Made by a program: the position numbers and the translations under genes
Notes under the pieces: generated by a model
Database searches by the model: none
What the model saw: the letters and a program-made list of their open reading frames with translations, nothing else
What the model was told of the DNA's origin: nothing
Part shown: in pieces, positions 13,557 to 26,966 of the stretch
How positions within the stretch are numbered: the stretch's first letter is position 1
How the letters are laid out: every line of letters begins with the position of its first letter
NCBI GenBank assembly: GCA_951406725.2
Contig: OX597822.1
Location: forward strand, 29,636,001 to 29,700,000
Origin: Octopus vulgaris
Taxonomy: Eukaryota
Direction: 5' to 3'
DNA length: 64,000 nt

Positions 13557-14035
13557 CAAGGAAGATATACGACATGAGAGGCATTGATTATTGGGATCAA
13601 CTAAAAACTCAGTCGCTGTTCTCTCCAACGCCACCGAGAGCGCTACATCATTTGTGTTATGTGGAAAATATTCCATCAATATTTCACAAATGGTGTGGGC
13701 ATCAATTTAAAAATCTATCCAAGACTTGGCCCCCGTGCTATCCACCCACTACAAAAATCGAACTCAGTATACATAGCAACATTACGTCACAATTACTGTA
13801 CCTCAACCGGTCCAGCTCTCTTTAATACCATACCAAAATATGTCAAAAGGGAAACAGATCCCATAAAATTCAAATGTTCACTGGACAAATTTCTTCAAAA
13901 AATCCCGAACCAACCTCCTACACACGTTTATACCTCCAACATATGGTGCCCCGTATATGACTAAAAGACTTCACCCGGTGGAGTTAGACATGGCCTGGGC
14001 CTATACTGGCCGAAACTTATCAAAGTTATCAAAAG

Positions 14036-14038
<3 letters not shown>
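13555..14038 (+). mobile_element. CR1/L2-group LINE 3' fragment
   Basis: DYWDQLK..SLFSLQRHRERY..MWKIF...GPALFNTIP...FKCSLDKFLQKIPNQP; short tandem tail ttatcaaag. Confidence 0.8.
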
Positions 14039-14088
<50 letters not shown>

Positions 14089-14484
14089 CACATACATACT
14101 CACACATACATACATATTCGTATATGCATACGTAAATATGTGTAGGCATAATGACATCAAAAGGCCCAAATAGTAATCCTCTCTCACATATATATAGAAA
14201 CTCACCGCCATTCCAATTAAAATTATAAATGGGCATATGAACACACACACAAACACACACACCGAGTAGAAAAAATAACAGAAGATGAACAAACTTCATC
14301 ATTAGATTCCAAGATACGATCACAGAAAAGCTAGTGTGTGTGTATGTGTATGAACAAGACGAAGGTGCATAAGGCCCTTATGATTAAAGACATGCACTTC
14401 CTCTGTAAATAGATGAAAAATTATCCAATTACTTGGTAATAAAATTGAAGGGAATACAATCAGTGCGTTGTATTATGTATGTAT

Positions 14485-14656
14485 GCCATTATTCAGTTTA
14501 TTTTCGAGATTTCTTGTCAATAAAGAAAGAGCCGGTTTCTAAACTAGATCCACGGTTCCGTCATTGAAATCTCTACAACGCCAACAGAGTATTTTTGTAT
14601 GGATGTATGTATATGTACGAGGGGTGTATGAAAAGTCTTGAGCCTCAAAAAAACAA

Positions 14657-14688
<32 letters not shown>

Positions 14689-16030
14689 AAACATGGTACA
14701 AAACTTCTGATGATTTATTTTTCAACATAGTCCCCCTCGATGACTGAACACTTTCTCCAGCGGTGCTGAAGCGCCATTATCCCGGCATAGAAGAACACTT
14801 TTTGTTTGAGACTGCAAGAAACGTCCTACAGCGTCTATGACGTCATTGTCACTGGCAAAATGGCTATCAGCCAGGGCTTCTTTCATTTTAGGGAATAGAT
14901 GAAAGTCAGCGGGGCTAAGTCTGGCAAATAAGGCAGATGGGGAGCAAGTTCATATACAAAATCACGGATTGTTGCCATGACAACCACTGAGGTGTGGGCT
15001 GGAGCATTGCCATGATGAAAAAGGACTCCTCTGGTGAGCATTCCCGGTCTTTTTCTTTGATTGCTTCTTGGAGGCGTTTCAGTAGCTGAGAATAATACAG
15101 CCCTGTCATGGTGTGACCGTTTTCAAGGTAATCGATCAGCAAGACACCTTGAGAATCTCAAACAGCGGACGCCATGACCATGCCAGCTGAAGGAATTACC
15201 CTAGCCTTCTTTCGGGTGGGAAAAGATGTGTGCTTCCACTGCTTTGATTGTTTTTTAGTTTCAGGCTGGTAGTAATGAACACAACTTTCGTCCATAGTAA
15301 TGAAACGAGCAAGAAAAGTCTTTTCATCGGCTTCAAACAGTTCCAGATTGCTCGTGAACAAAGTGGACCTGCTGCGTTTCTGTTCAGGAGTCAAAAGGCA
15401 AGGGACCCACCTTGCGGAAACCTTTGAGAACCCGAGTTCTTTTGTCACAATGTTATCTGCTCTTTCATTTGAGATGCCCAGTCTCTCGGCTATCTGACGA
15501 CTTGATATTCGGCGATCTTGCATTATCATACCAAGAGCAAGGTCAAGGTTGTCCTTGGTGGTTGTAGTTGGAGGTCTTCCTGGTCTGGGATCATCTTCCA
15601 CACTCCCCCTGCCACGCTTGAATTCATGTACCCGGCGTTTGACTGTTGCCTATGAAGGAACATTGTCTGTTAAGTTTCTCCCCATATCTTCATAGATTTC
15701 TGATGGAGTCATGCCTTTCAAATGAAGGTACTTTATGACTGCACGATACTCAGTTTTCTCCAATTTTTTATAATCTGGGCCCTTTTTTATTAAAAAATCT
15801 GCGACAAAAAAAATTAAAATATTAGAATCACGAATAGCAAGAATACTCTGAAAAGACGGTTGTTACCAGAAAAATTGTTTCAGCTATCTAGCAGCCCCAT
15901 TTCCAGGTTAGGCTCAAAACTTTTCATACACCCCCCCGTACGGCTTTGTATGTTTTGTTTTATATATGTATCCTCATGCATTCAGTTGCATGTCTAGACA
16001 AGACCATATGTATTTAAACGATAAACTTCA
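14485..16030 (-). mobile_element. 3' end of an RLE-type LINE (same family as 45655-46090), split by the mariner insertion
   Basis: 14487-14615 plus 15941-16029 are collinear with 45661-45876. Confidence 0.75.
14618..15938 (-). mobile_element. Full-length mariner transposon (DD34D) with disrupted transposase
   Basis: TIRs cgaggggtgtatgaaaagtcttgagcct / aggctcaaaacttttcatacaccccccg flanked by TA. Motifs EDDPRPGRP, ARWVPCLL, ITMDESC and HHGNAPAHT; stops and frameshifts present. Confidence 0.95.
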
Positions 16031-16099
16031 TATATATGTGTGTCTGTGTACACGGGTACACAGACACACATATATATGACAAAGTTACCATTGGTTTCA

Positions 16100-16350
16100 C
16101 GTCTATCATTGCTCTTAGCAATATAGGTAGCCCATCAGATCCGCTGGCTGGAGGTACATAACCCCGTTACTAATAAAGATAAGACTACGGACAAGTCGAT
16201 CCTGTGGACTCCTTCGACGTGGTGATGGGAGTGTTTGGTAGCACAGATGTCTACGACTTCATAGAATGATATATCCTGGATACTTTAACGAAGTGGTTCT
16301 CGTCAGTTCATTTTGGTCTATACAGAGATGACGCTTTAAACATCTCTAGA
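16100..16350 (+). mobile_element. Penelope-like RT fragment
   Basis: DSFDVVMGVFGSTDVYDFIE*YILDTL...FGLYRDDAL matches the PLE RT motif FDVxMGSxDGAExCxLxGLY...GLYRDDG. Confidence 0.75.
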
Positions 16351-17724
16351 GGCGATAGATGTATGAAAAAGAATACGCTTGTGTGAGACATGATATTTAT
16401 ATTTCGATGACTCTTAGTTCGATAGTTGGGATATCAGTAAAGAGTTTTATCGTCTTGTTCTACATCAAAGACAGTTCCCTTTAACGATGTCTTATTGAAA
16501 AGCCGGTTTCTGTGGTAAAGGATTTCAGTTCTAAATTTTATCCCTTTGCGTGGGATTTCGCAAAAATATTCCTACTATAAGCTCGGATAGACCAAAGATT
16601 TATGAGTGAAATTGGGTTACCAGGAACTAACTGGAAACCAATAGGATGGACTAAAAATGATTTTAGGTGGTAGGCATAATACATTGATTGGTTTATTACA
16701 CCACAACGACTTTTTAAGCGAGAAATCTCTCCTGAAGATCGCAGTGATGTGAAACCTAAGTTGCAAGAGAAAGATTCAGTTTCAGTAAACCATATACTTT
16801 ATCATGTATAAAAATCTTTCCTCTCATTTATTTGACGTAACTCAACTTCCTTCATTTTCTCTACACTTCTCTTTCTGTCTGTCTGTCAATCTGTTTCTCT
16901 CTGTCTCTCTCTCTCTTTCACATTCCTCATGTATTATTTCAAACTCTCTCTCTTATTTTCCATCTATCATTTCACTCATTTTCCCTCTCTTTCTTTTATC
17001 ATTCTTTACATAGACTCTCTCTCTCTCTCTCTCGCTCTCTTTCTCCCTCTCTTATATGCAAGCGTTGTCATTTTATAATCTTCTTTCCTCACTAATTTCT
17101 TTTAATACCTCTCACCCCTTCACCTCAACTACAGACACCCACAACATCAACAATACACACTCATACTCATTCATGCACACACACACCAGCACGCACACAT
17201 GCACAGACATACACACACACACACATCCATCCATCCATTATTTCACACACATATATATAATTTTTGTATGTCTTCCGCATATAATCTTGGCTTTTGTTTC
17301 GTGATAAGGAGCTGTTCACGTTGGTCTGAATTCCTTATATTTTTTTTATTGTTGGCCACCAGAAAGGCAGTAACTGCACTGGGAAATGGTGAAGGTGTGA
17401 ACACATGTATGTATGTATATGTACATATACAAGCTTATACACATACATATACACACACATGCATACAAAAAAGTACATAAGTACATAAAAATAAGTAAAT
17501 ATATAACATACATACATACGTGTATATATATATATATATATATATACTTGTATGCATGCGCGCGTGTATGTATATATAGAGGTAGTGATGTAGTTAAGCA
17601 CAATCAGATTTACACACACACACACACACACGCACACACACACACACATATATATATATAAATTAACAGAACGAGATAAAAAAAATCCAAGGCTGTGAAT
17701 ATTTTTCAGGACATTTATAAAGAG

Positions 17725-17773
17725 GTCTTACAGCTGTTTCCGGGATATTTTATATACCTCTTCATCAAGGACA
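17725..17773 (-). ncRNA. Degenerate minimal hammerhead motif (PLE end)
   Basis: Minus strand: gtcc-TTGATGA-agaggtatataaaatatcccg-GAAA-cagctg-TA-agac, with palindromic stem III. Confidence 0.5.
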
Positions 17774-17949
17774 GTGCGAGAAAAGGTTTAAGTAATAGTT
17801 ATTACAGAGAAGATATGAAATACAGAGTGAAGTGGAGGAATGAAAACAGACGTGAGATACGTACGGATATTGTATTTGCAGCTCTATTATTTAAGCAGAA
17901 TGGTGTATATATAAGTTTCCTCTACCTTGTTTGTGATTTATATATATAT

Positions 17950-18606
17950 AACTTAGATACGTTTCGACCAAAGATTGGCCCAGGCCATATCTAACTTAAT
18001 AGCACCACCTGATAGGATTAGCTAAATTCTTTTTAAGCCAAGTTTTGTGGTATCATGATCCATTCGGGTAGGGAGTTCTTGTTGAGTGAGTTGTATTCAG
18101 GTATAGTGGCTTATCTGGTATTCTTGGAAGAAATTTGTCCTGATTCTGTTTAAAGGTTATGGGATCCTTTTCCTCTTTTATCTGTTTCGGGACAATGTTA
18201 AATAGGGCAGGGCCTGTTGAGGAAAAGAAATTGTGTTTTAGTGTATTTGTGTTGAGATCCTGAATTGGGTAGGGGACGTATGGACCGTGGTCCTAGCCTT
18301 AGATGAATTTTGAAGCTAATGTTCAGAGATCGTTTGGGCGATGCTGGCGGAGAGCTGGCAGAAACGTTAGCACGTCGGGCGAAATGCTTAGCGGTATTTC
18401 GTCTGCCGTTACGTTGTGAGTTCAAATTCCGCCGAGGTCGACTTTACCTTTCATCTTTTCGGGGTCGATAAATTAAGTACAAGTTACGCACTGGGGTCGA
18501 TGTAATCGACTTAATGCCTATGTCTGTCTTTGTTTGTCCCCTCTATGTTTAGCCCCTTGTGGGTAATAAAGAAATAGGTATATTCTCCACATTGATGTAT
18601 CGCTCT
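17950..18606 (-). mobile_element. CR1/L2-group LINE 3' fragment (same family as 13555), interrupted by a SINE A
   Basis: Reverse-complement similarity to 13640-14015 (ggcccaggccat, aaatttgtcc, gggcctgttgagg). Confidence 0.7.
18345..18580 (+). mobile_element. SINE family A, long-tail subfamily
   Basis: Complete copy ending ccttgtgggtaataaagaaataggtat. Confidence 0.9.
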
Positions 18607-18669
18607 ATATATATATATATATATATATGTATATGTATATATATATATGTATAGATATATAAATATAAA

Positions 18670-18774
<105 letters not shown>

Positions 18775-18816
18775 TATATATACATACACACATACATACA
18801 TACATACATACATACA

Positions 18817-18849
<33 letters not shown>

Positions 18850-18856
18850 CTACATA

Positions 18857-19920
18857 CAAGGTTTGGACAAAATGGAAACACCTTGAAATTTCAAACAGAT
18901 TAATTTTAATATGGGGTAGGTTACCTTTGGCAGTAATTACAGCTTGATTTCTACGAAGTATGGACTCGTAAAAAGTTTGAATTGTTTCCGAAGGAATTTT
19001 TGCCCATTCTACAGCTAAAACAATTTCCAGTTCTTGTATCGACTCCTTACTTGTTTTTCTAAAATGCATTATAAATGTTCAATAATATTGAGACTTGGGG
19101 ACTGTGGTGGCCAGATAAGATGTTCAACTTCACTAGAATGTTCCTTGTGCCTTTCAGTAACAACTTTAGCTGTGTGAATTGGTGCATTATCATCCTGAGA
19201 GAATGCCGTTTCCTCCAGAAACAGTTCTGCAATCATAGGATGAATTTGGTCAGATAAAATGCTTAAATAGTCTTGACTATTAATTCTGCCATGAAGGCAA
19301 ACCATTGGGCCGGCGGATTTCCAAGATATTTGCAGTACACCCCCACCCAGATCATCACAGATCCTCTTCTATGCTTAACAGTTGGAGGACGGCAGTCTGG
19401 GCCAAATGCCTCTTTTGGCTGTCTCCACACGTATACTCGGCCGGTGGTCGGAAATAAGGTAAAGAATGAATCGTCCGAAAAAATAACATTCTTCCACTGC
19501 TCTAGGGACTAATGCTGTAGGTTTTCACTCCACTCTAAACGCTTTGCAACGTTTGTTTTTGAAGGTAGTGGTTTTCTGATTGCAGCCCTCCCGTGAAATC
19601 TAGCTTTGAGCAGTTCCCAGCGAACAGTTTTTGTGGAAACTGGGTTCTCGAGGTGGTCATTAAGCTCTGCTATAATTTTGGGAGCTGTACTTTTGTGACC
19701 CTTTCTAACAATTTGCATTAGAGCCCGACGGTCCCTATCTGAAAGCTTTGATTTTTTTCCGGAGTGTTGTTTTAACGAGGAGGTTTTCCCTCTTTCTCAA
19801 AGGCTGTCATTACTTTCGAGACAATACTTCTTGATACACCAAACATTTCGGCTGTTTTCGTTACGCTAGCGCCTGGCATACGAGCCCCAACGATTTGACC
19901 TTTTTGAATTCCGATAGATT
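18857..19920 (-). mobile_element. Tc1-like transposon (DD34E), degenerate, one end missing
   Basis: TA followed by TIR caaggtttggacaaaatggaaacacc. Motifs STKTVRWEL, IFSDDSF, FSQDDNAPIHTAK and WPPQSPSLNIIEHL. Confidence 0.92.
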
Positions 19921-19959
19921 TAATGAATTTTAATTACCTTTTTCTAATGATATCTGAAA

Positions 19960-20535
19960 AGAAACTGCAAAAGTCAGCTGGGAAAATAATGGCGACTGTC
20001 TTTTGGGATGTTCAAGGTGTCATTCTGGTCGATTTTTTGCCAAAAGGAAAAGCAATAAACTCTGAGGCCTACATTGAAACCCTGACGAGGCTCAGAGCAA
20101 GAATCTGACGAGTAAGACCCTACTTGCCATACGACAATGTCCTCCTTCTGTATGACAATGCTCGACCACACACAAGCATCAGGACAAGGGAGACAATTGC
20201 CTCATTCGGGTGGACAACTTTAGAGTATCCTCCATACTCACCAGATTTAGCGCCCCATGAAGGAGGGTTTGAGAGGTAAAATTATTCCAGTGACGAGGAA
20301 GTGAAAACTGTAGTGAAGAAGTGGCTCAAAGAACAGTCAACAGAATTTTACGAGGCAGGGATACATGCTCTCATTCGAAGGTGGAACATTGGCTATTGAG
20401 AGAAACGGTGACCATGTTGAGAAATAGGGATGTGATCCACAGAGGACCAGCTTCATTTTGATGTATGATACATGTTCCTGTGTTGGTAATTATACCTATC
20501 CTAAACAAAATGGCATTACTTTTTGACTCACCCTC

Positions 20536-20536
<1 letters not shown>
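19960..20536 (+). mobile_element. mariner 3' half
   Basis: SAGKIMATVFWDVQGVILVDFL, YDNARPHTS and PPYSPDLAP; right TIR cattactttttgactcaccctca followed by TA. Confidence 0.92.
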
Positions 20537-20980
<444 letters not shown>

Positions 20981-21145
20981 GTATCTATATATCTATCTTT
21001 GTATATATCTATCTATGTGCATGTGTATGCGTGTGTACACTCACACGCACACATATAAAATTAGAATCACTTAGAAACTATATCACATTTTTCGCCTGGC
21101 CTACTAACTTCGGTGAAGCCATGCCTACACAAACACCAGCACAAA

Positions 21146-21181
<36 letters not shown>

Positions 21182-21858
21182 TACACATGATCTTTTTCAT
21201 TTAACAATATAATCAATGAAATGACAGCGTCACGTAAATATTTTTCGCTTGGTTCACTGAATCCTATAAAGCCGTACTCACACATAAACACGTACGTGTA
21301 TATACATACATGATTTGATGACACCAGAAGCATATATAATTACACACATACACACACACACAGACACATATATACATAATTTAGCAATAAAATCTAATAA
21401 ACGTTTTCGTCACCAAAATATTTTACTTTATCACAAACACACCCACTTGAATGATTGCATATATAACATTACACATCAATGACATCGCAGCTTACGCATA
21501 ATATATTATATATTAAAGCATTAGAAGTCACATTCTTAAATTTTAGACCAAGCCATAAAACACGGGCTCGATTCTCAGCTTCAAAAGCACGAGTAAAAAT
21601 GTTTGTCCCATATAAATGTCAGTTAAGGCACTGTCATGATTTTGTGGTTAAGAAGTGCGTTTCGTAATCAAGTCATTTTGTTAGGTTCGGTCCTAAAGTG
21701 CACCTACATTGGGCGAATGTTTTGTACTAGAGTCCAGCTACTAATTTGAGAGTGAATTTGCTGGACGGATACTGGAAAATATAAATAACCATTTGCTCTA
21801 CATATATATCAAACTCGTATATCCCTCCCTGGATTAGTTGTCATTTTGAGCCCCATTT

Positions 21859-21927
<69 letters not shown>

Positions 21928-21957
21928 TGAATATATGCATGTATATATACATATATG

Positions 21958-22165
21958 ATGGCTGCCTCCTCGTTATCGAGTATGGCCATTGCACGAAGCT
22001 TAGCTGTTACTGGTGCTGTGATCGAATGTGACTTTTTAGCCCAGCTAAAGATCTACAATGCCTTGTACAGAATTGGCAACTAAAACCTTTACCGGCAATA
22101 ACCGGCTGTAGTTGTAACTGGGCTTCATGTACTTTTGCCGAATTACACTCTCTTCCACATGATAC
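21958..22165 (-). mobile_element. RTE-clade LINE 3' end
   Basis: FSCQFCTRHCRSLAGLKSHIRSQH C-terminal zinc-finger-like motif, followed by a short 3' UTR. Confidence 0.7.
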
Positions 22166-22384
22166 ATACATGAATGCACACACACACACACACACACACA
22201 CATTCATTCATGCATACGCACACACACACATACACATACACACATATATACATACATACATAGACATGCATACAAACACATATGCATAAATATCTTTGTA
22301 TGTATGAATATATACGCAATTGAATGAGGGAAGGGCGTGTGAGGCGTTCGACGTACTAGTGACAATGTTTATCACTTTTCTTTT

Positions 22385-22572
22385 ATCTTTTACTTCTTTC
22401 AGGCCTAAGACTGCGGCCAAACTGGGGCACCACCTTAAATAGTTCTTACTCGAGTGAATTGACTGCAGTACTTACTTTTTTAAAGCTTGGTCCTTATTCT
22501 ATCGTACATATTTGCCGAACCGCTAAGTTACAGCGAGGTAAGCAGATCAACACCGGTTGTAAAGCGGTGGCG

Positions 22573-22623
<51 letters not shown>

Positions 22624-22828
22624 ACACAGACACACAGACACACACACAAACACACACAGACACACACATACACACACAGACACACAGACACACAAACACA
22701 CAGACACAGACACACAGACACACACAGACACACACACACAGACACACAAAAAAAAACACACACACACACACACACACACACAGTCACACACAAAGACACA
22801 CACATACACGCACAAACACACACATACA

Positions 22829-22868
<40 letters not shown>

Positions 22869-23045
22869 TACATACACACACACGACATGCTTCTTTCAGT
22901 TTCCATCCACTAAATCCAGTCACAAAGCGTTGGTCGGCCCGAGGCTATAGTAGAAGACACTTGCTCTATGTGCCTCCAGTAGGACTGAACCCGGAACCAT
23001 GGGGGTGGGAAGCAAGATTCTTTCCACTCAGCCACGCCTACGCCT
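22385..23045 (-). mobile_element. SINE family B with expanded internal (CA)n
   Basis: Same family as 35123-35520. Confidence 0.85.
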
Positions 23046-24351
23046 ATAATAGTAAAATGTTCTTCAAATTATGCCCCAACATCTTTAAAATAAGAAAAAT
23101 ACATTCGATAATGTAGTCCTTAACCATGTGTAGTAAACTTCAACAAAGAAATTCCTTACGGTTACACGAGCCGACGTGGGGGAGAGGGAAAAAAACCCTT
23201 CTAGATCAGATATCAGCGATCGGAAATCAGGGAACGGTGATAACTACCCCAAATGGTGTACAAAACGTAATGCATGTAGGTTGGGCAAATCAAATTATAT
23301 ACGTGATATGTATTTAATTACGAAATGGACAGGTGCCTTGTTTTTTGCATGACCTGTGAATAGCTTATACATATTTTTGTGTGTATTTGTATCTCTTGTT
23401 ATATAACGATATTATTTACAATTTCATGCTATAACAGGTTTAAATTTTGTTACTGGAAAAACCTACACGTTTTTCTTGATTGTTACATAAGTTTTCTGAA
23501 ATGAAAGCTATAGTATATTTTACATAACATGTTATGTCAAGTCAGGTGTGATCATTTTAGAAATTAATGATTATATTTAGACGAAATTACTGAATCCATA
23601 GTAGTTATACTATGCGCATTGTTCAGGTACCGAAGCTTCCGCTCTTCATTAGACAGGTACAAAATAGAATCAGCCAATTCATAGAGCTGTCCCTGAGCGT
23701 TAGATGTTTGCACCTACCCTTCTTCTTTCATAAGGACTGCGGTAAAAAAAAAAAAGCTAATTTGCAAACAAAGTGGAGTACTCCAAAGGTGATTGCTCGA
23801 CAGTATGAAAAAAAAAAATCAACAGATAAATAATTCATTCCGTTGGCGAATGGTTCATCAACGAAGGTAAGTTCACTGAAATTGGTAATCGGCAAATACA
23901 AGACTATTATAAACAGAACGGAACTTTAAGCCTGGTGTAATATAAACCCGCCCTCCCCAACAACAACAACAACAACAACCACATCAACAGACAAATGAAT
24001 TTTCAATGTTTCATTAAGAGATTTTATGGTGATGTAACATCATAGATTCAGTTATGTAAGACTTACAACATCTATAAGATTATGAAATACATTGCAATAA
24101 TGTCCCAACTCTGCGGGATTGTCCATATTCAGGTCAATAATCGAAGATCTATTAGATTGGCAAGTCGAACAACATACGAATATTCAAAGCAGGAGTTATC
24201 AACCGTTCAATATAGAAGTGGACGAGAGTATAATCGGCCAATCAGAATTGTTGGTAGTCCAAGTATGCTGTCAAAGATATATCGATATCCAAACTAGGAG
24301 TGTCAAATGAGACGACTGGTGGGGGACAAAATATACTTGATTAGAACTGAT

Positions 24352-24401
<50 letters not shown>

Positions 24402-24527
24402 TTTCTTTTATTTACCACCAGGGCGAAGTATGAGGGAGATAATACAAAGACATAAAGTGTGGGGTTTTACATATAATGGAAAGAAAGAAAAAAGTATACA
24501 TGGTACATATCAAAAGAAGGGAAGTAT

Positions 24528-26960
24528 GTTAGTTAGTTAGTTAGTTAATTTGGCTCAAAAGCAAATAGCAAGGCCATGTAGGGGGACATGGAGTTAAGTA
24601 CAGGGTGGTGTTCATGTAAAGAGTTCAGGCCACTTGAGGTCCAGGGAGGCTTTGAACAAAGCGGTCGTCGGCATCTTCACCATCTCGTCTGGCAGCTTGT
24701 TCCACGGATCCGCAACCCGGACGGAGAAAGCTCCTCTCCTTCGATTGAGATGAAATCGTCGCAGGTAGAGCTTTTCGGGATGACCCCGCAGCCGACGCTC
24801 CGGAGCAGGAGTGAAGAACAGCTCTTTCGAGAGGTTACACTTCCCGCTTATGATGTTGTGGGCGAGAATGAGATCACCACGGCGGCGGCGTTTTTCAAGA
24901 GAATAAAGGTCGAGCGTCCTCAGCCTTTCTTCGTAGGACAAATTTTTGAGACCATGAACCATGCGGGTAGCCAGCCTCTGGACTCTTTCGAGATGCTGTA
25001 TGTCTTTGAGGAGATAAGGAGAAGAGGCTTGAATCCCATACTCCAATATGGGTCTCACCAGCGTGACATAGAGTGGTAGGAATATGGCCGCTGTGAGCAT
25101 TCCGAATGACCGTCGAATCAAAAACAGAATTCCGCGCGCTTTGTTGGCAGCATGGACGCACTGGGCCGAAGGCGAAAAGGAGGAATCCACCAAGATACCC
25201 AGGTCCTTTACCTGATCGGTCCTCTCCAGCAGCAGACGACCCGGCTCGAAATCAAGTTGAGTTGCAGGAGTAGAACCGACAGGCAGATGACAGCACTTTG
25301 ACACGTTCAGACACAGGTCCCAATCGTTAGACCACTTCCAAATTTGGTGGAGGCATCGACGAAGATCCTCTATACTACCGCGAGGAGCGACCAGTTTGAT
25401 ATCGTCGGCAAATAGAAGGGTGTGTTGCGTGAGGTCGTCGGGCAAGTCATTTATGAAGACTAAGAACAACAAGGGCCCAAGCACTGAACCTTGAGGCACG
25501 CCACTGCTCGCACTGGAGACGTCGGACCGCGAACCATTAACTTGAACTTGGAAGGAGCGATCTGAGAGGAAGGCACCAACCCATCGTACAATATCCGGAT
25601 GGAAACTATATGCTTGAAGCTTGACAAGTAGTAGGCGGTGGTTTACCGAGTCAAAAGCTTTGGCAAAGTCCAATAAAACGATGTCAACAGCATCACTATC
25701 ATCGAGGATGCGCGTCACCAATTCTTCCATTACTAGTAAGTTGGTCAAGCATGATCTCTTCGGCACGAAGCCGTGTTGGGAATCAGTGATCGAGGCTGTG
25801 TTTAGGAGGTGGAGCATCATACTTTTCTTAAGGATGGTTTCGAACATCTTGCTGATTATTGATGTAAGGGAAACCGGTCGGTAGTTAAGCGGGTCTTCGC
25901 GGCTCCCTTTCTTGAAGATTGGGCAGATTATCGCTGTTCTCCAGTCTGCAGGTATAACACCCGTCGCCAATGACATATTGAATAGTCGTGTTAAGGGCTC
26001 GCAGATGACCGGATCCAACGCTTTGATAACCCGTGGGTGTATGCCGTCAGGGCCGTGACCCTTGTTGACATCGAGGCCTTGAATAACACGTTTGACTTCG
26101 TCCCGCGTGATGACCAATCGAAGCATTGGAGGTACCGATCTATCAAATGGAGGGGGTTCACGACCATCATCTTGTTTGAAAATAGTTGAAAAAGCCTCGG
26201 CAAATAATTGACTCTGTTGATAAGGGTCCTCAATCGATACGCCTGTTGAGTCTACCAACGTTGCAATCTGGTTGTTCAAGCGGGAATTCCGCTGGACATG
26301 GGCAAAGAAGGTTTTTGGATTGCTACTGGCATTTGCCGCGATTTTGTATTCATAACTGAAGCGTTCTTTCTTTTCAATTTTCACGGCTCGGTCTCGTTGA
26401 GTTTTGTACACCTCAAAAGCTGCAGTCGAATCCAGATTTTTGAATTCAGCCCGAGCAATATCTCTGAGTCGACGTTCTCGTTTAACCTTCTTCGTCACCC
26501 AGGGCTTGTGTTTCTTCCTCTTGTGAAGCCCAACGGGAACTGCCTGGTCAGTCAAACAGATTACATATGCTTTGAGGGATGACCATAGTTCGTCAACTGA
26601 GGACAACATCATCAGGGATCGCCCGTCCAGAAGCGCGGAAGCCTCGGTTAGAATTTCAAGATTAATTGCAGAGAAGACTCTACGTGGCAGCGAAGTAATC
26701 GTGGGCGTAGAAAAAGTTGTGTGCATGACGAACTTCAGGACCGCATGATCACTATTGGCAAGAGAGGCGCACACAGATACGTCTGACACTGATCTTGGAT
26801 AGCGGGAGAATACCAGATCTAGCATAGATGGCTGCTGCCCAGACCGATGCCTTGTCGGATATTCAACATGTTGCGATAGAAAACAATCTTCAGCCACGTC
26901 AAGAAGGGCCTGGCCGAACCGGGAAGATGTTGTACAAATTGATGCGGGCCAATCGATCGT
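24528..26960 (-). mobile_element. CR1-clade LINE, 5'-truncated and young
   Basis: Unbroken ORF, 3' UTR stem-loop ccatgt-ccccct-acatgg and (TAAC)n tail at 24528-24548. Confidence 0.95.
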
Positions 26961-26966
26961 ATACAT
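24612..26966 (-). CDS. LINE ORF2 (C-terminal APE and reverse transcriptase), CR1 clade; N-terminally truncated, the first ATG probably comes from the flank
   Basis: LDLVF..SDH (APE); YRPVSLTS, QHGF, LDFAKAFDSV, GVPQGSVLGP, FADD (RT); LERVQR..SYEERL..L.L.SLEKRR.RGDLI (CR1 C-terminus). Confidence 0.92.
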   Translation of the reverse strand: MYTIDWPASICTTSSRFGQALLDVAEDCFLSQHVEYPTRHRSGQQPSMLDLVFSRYPRSVSDVSVCASLANSDHAVLKFVMHTTFSTPTITSLPRRVFSAINLEILTEASALLDGRSLMMLSSVDELWSSLKAYVICLTDQAVPVGLHKRKKHKPWVTKKVKRERRLRDIARAEFKNLDSTAAFEVYKTQRDRAVKIEKKERFSYEYKIAANASSNPKTFFAHVQRNSRLNNQIATLVDSTGVSIEDPYQQSQLFAEAFSTIFKQDDGREPPPFDRSVPPMLRLVITRDEVKRVIQGLDVNKGHGPDGIHPRVIKALDPVICEPLTRLFNMSLATGVIPADWRTAIICPIFKKGSREDPLNYRPVSLTSIISKMFETILKKSMMLHLLNTASITDSQHGFVPKRSCLTNLLVMEELVTRILDDSDAVDIVLLDFAKAFDSVNHRLLLVKLQAYSFHPDIVRWVGAFLSDRSFQVQVNGSRSDVSSASSGVPQGSVLGPLLFLVFINDLPDDLTQHTLLFADDIKLVAPRGSIEDLRRCLHQIWKWSNDWDLCLNVSKCCHLPVGSTPATQLDFEPGRLLLERTDQVKDLGILVDSSFSPSAQCVHAANKARGILFLIRRSFGMLTAAIFLPLYVTLVRPILEYGIQASSPYLLKDIQHLERVQRLATRMVHGLKNLSYEERLRTLDLYSLEKRRRRGDLILAHNIISGKCNLSKELFFTPAPERRLRGHPEKLYLRRFHLNRRRGAFSVRVADPWNKLPDEMVKMPTTALFKASLDLKWPELFT

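Noticed and set aside
24588-26582. Plus-strand ORFs overlapping the CR1
   Set aside because: They are antisense frames of the RT ORF.
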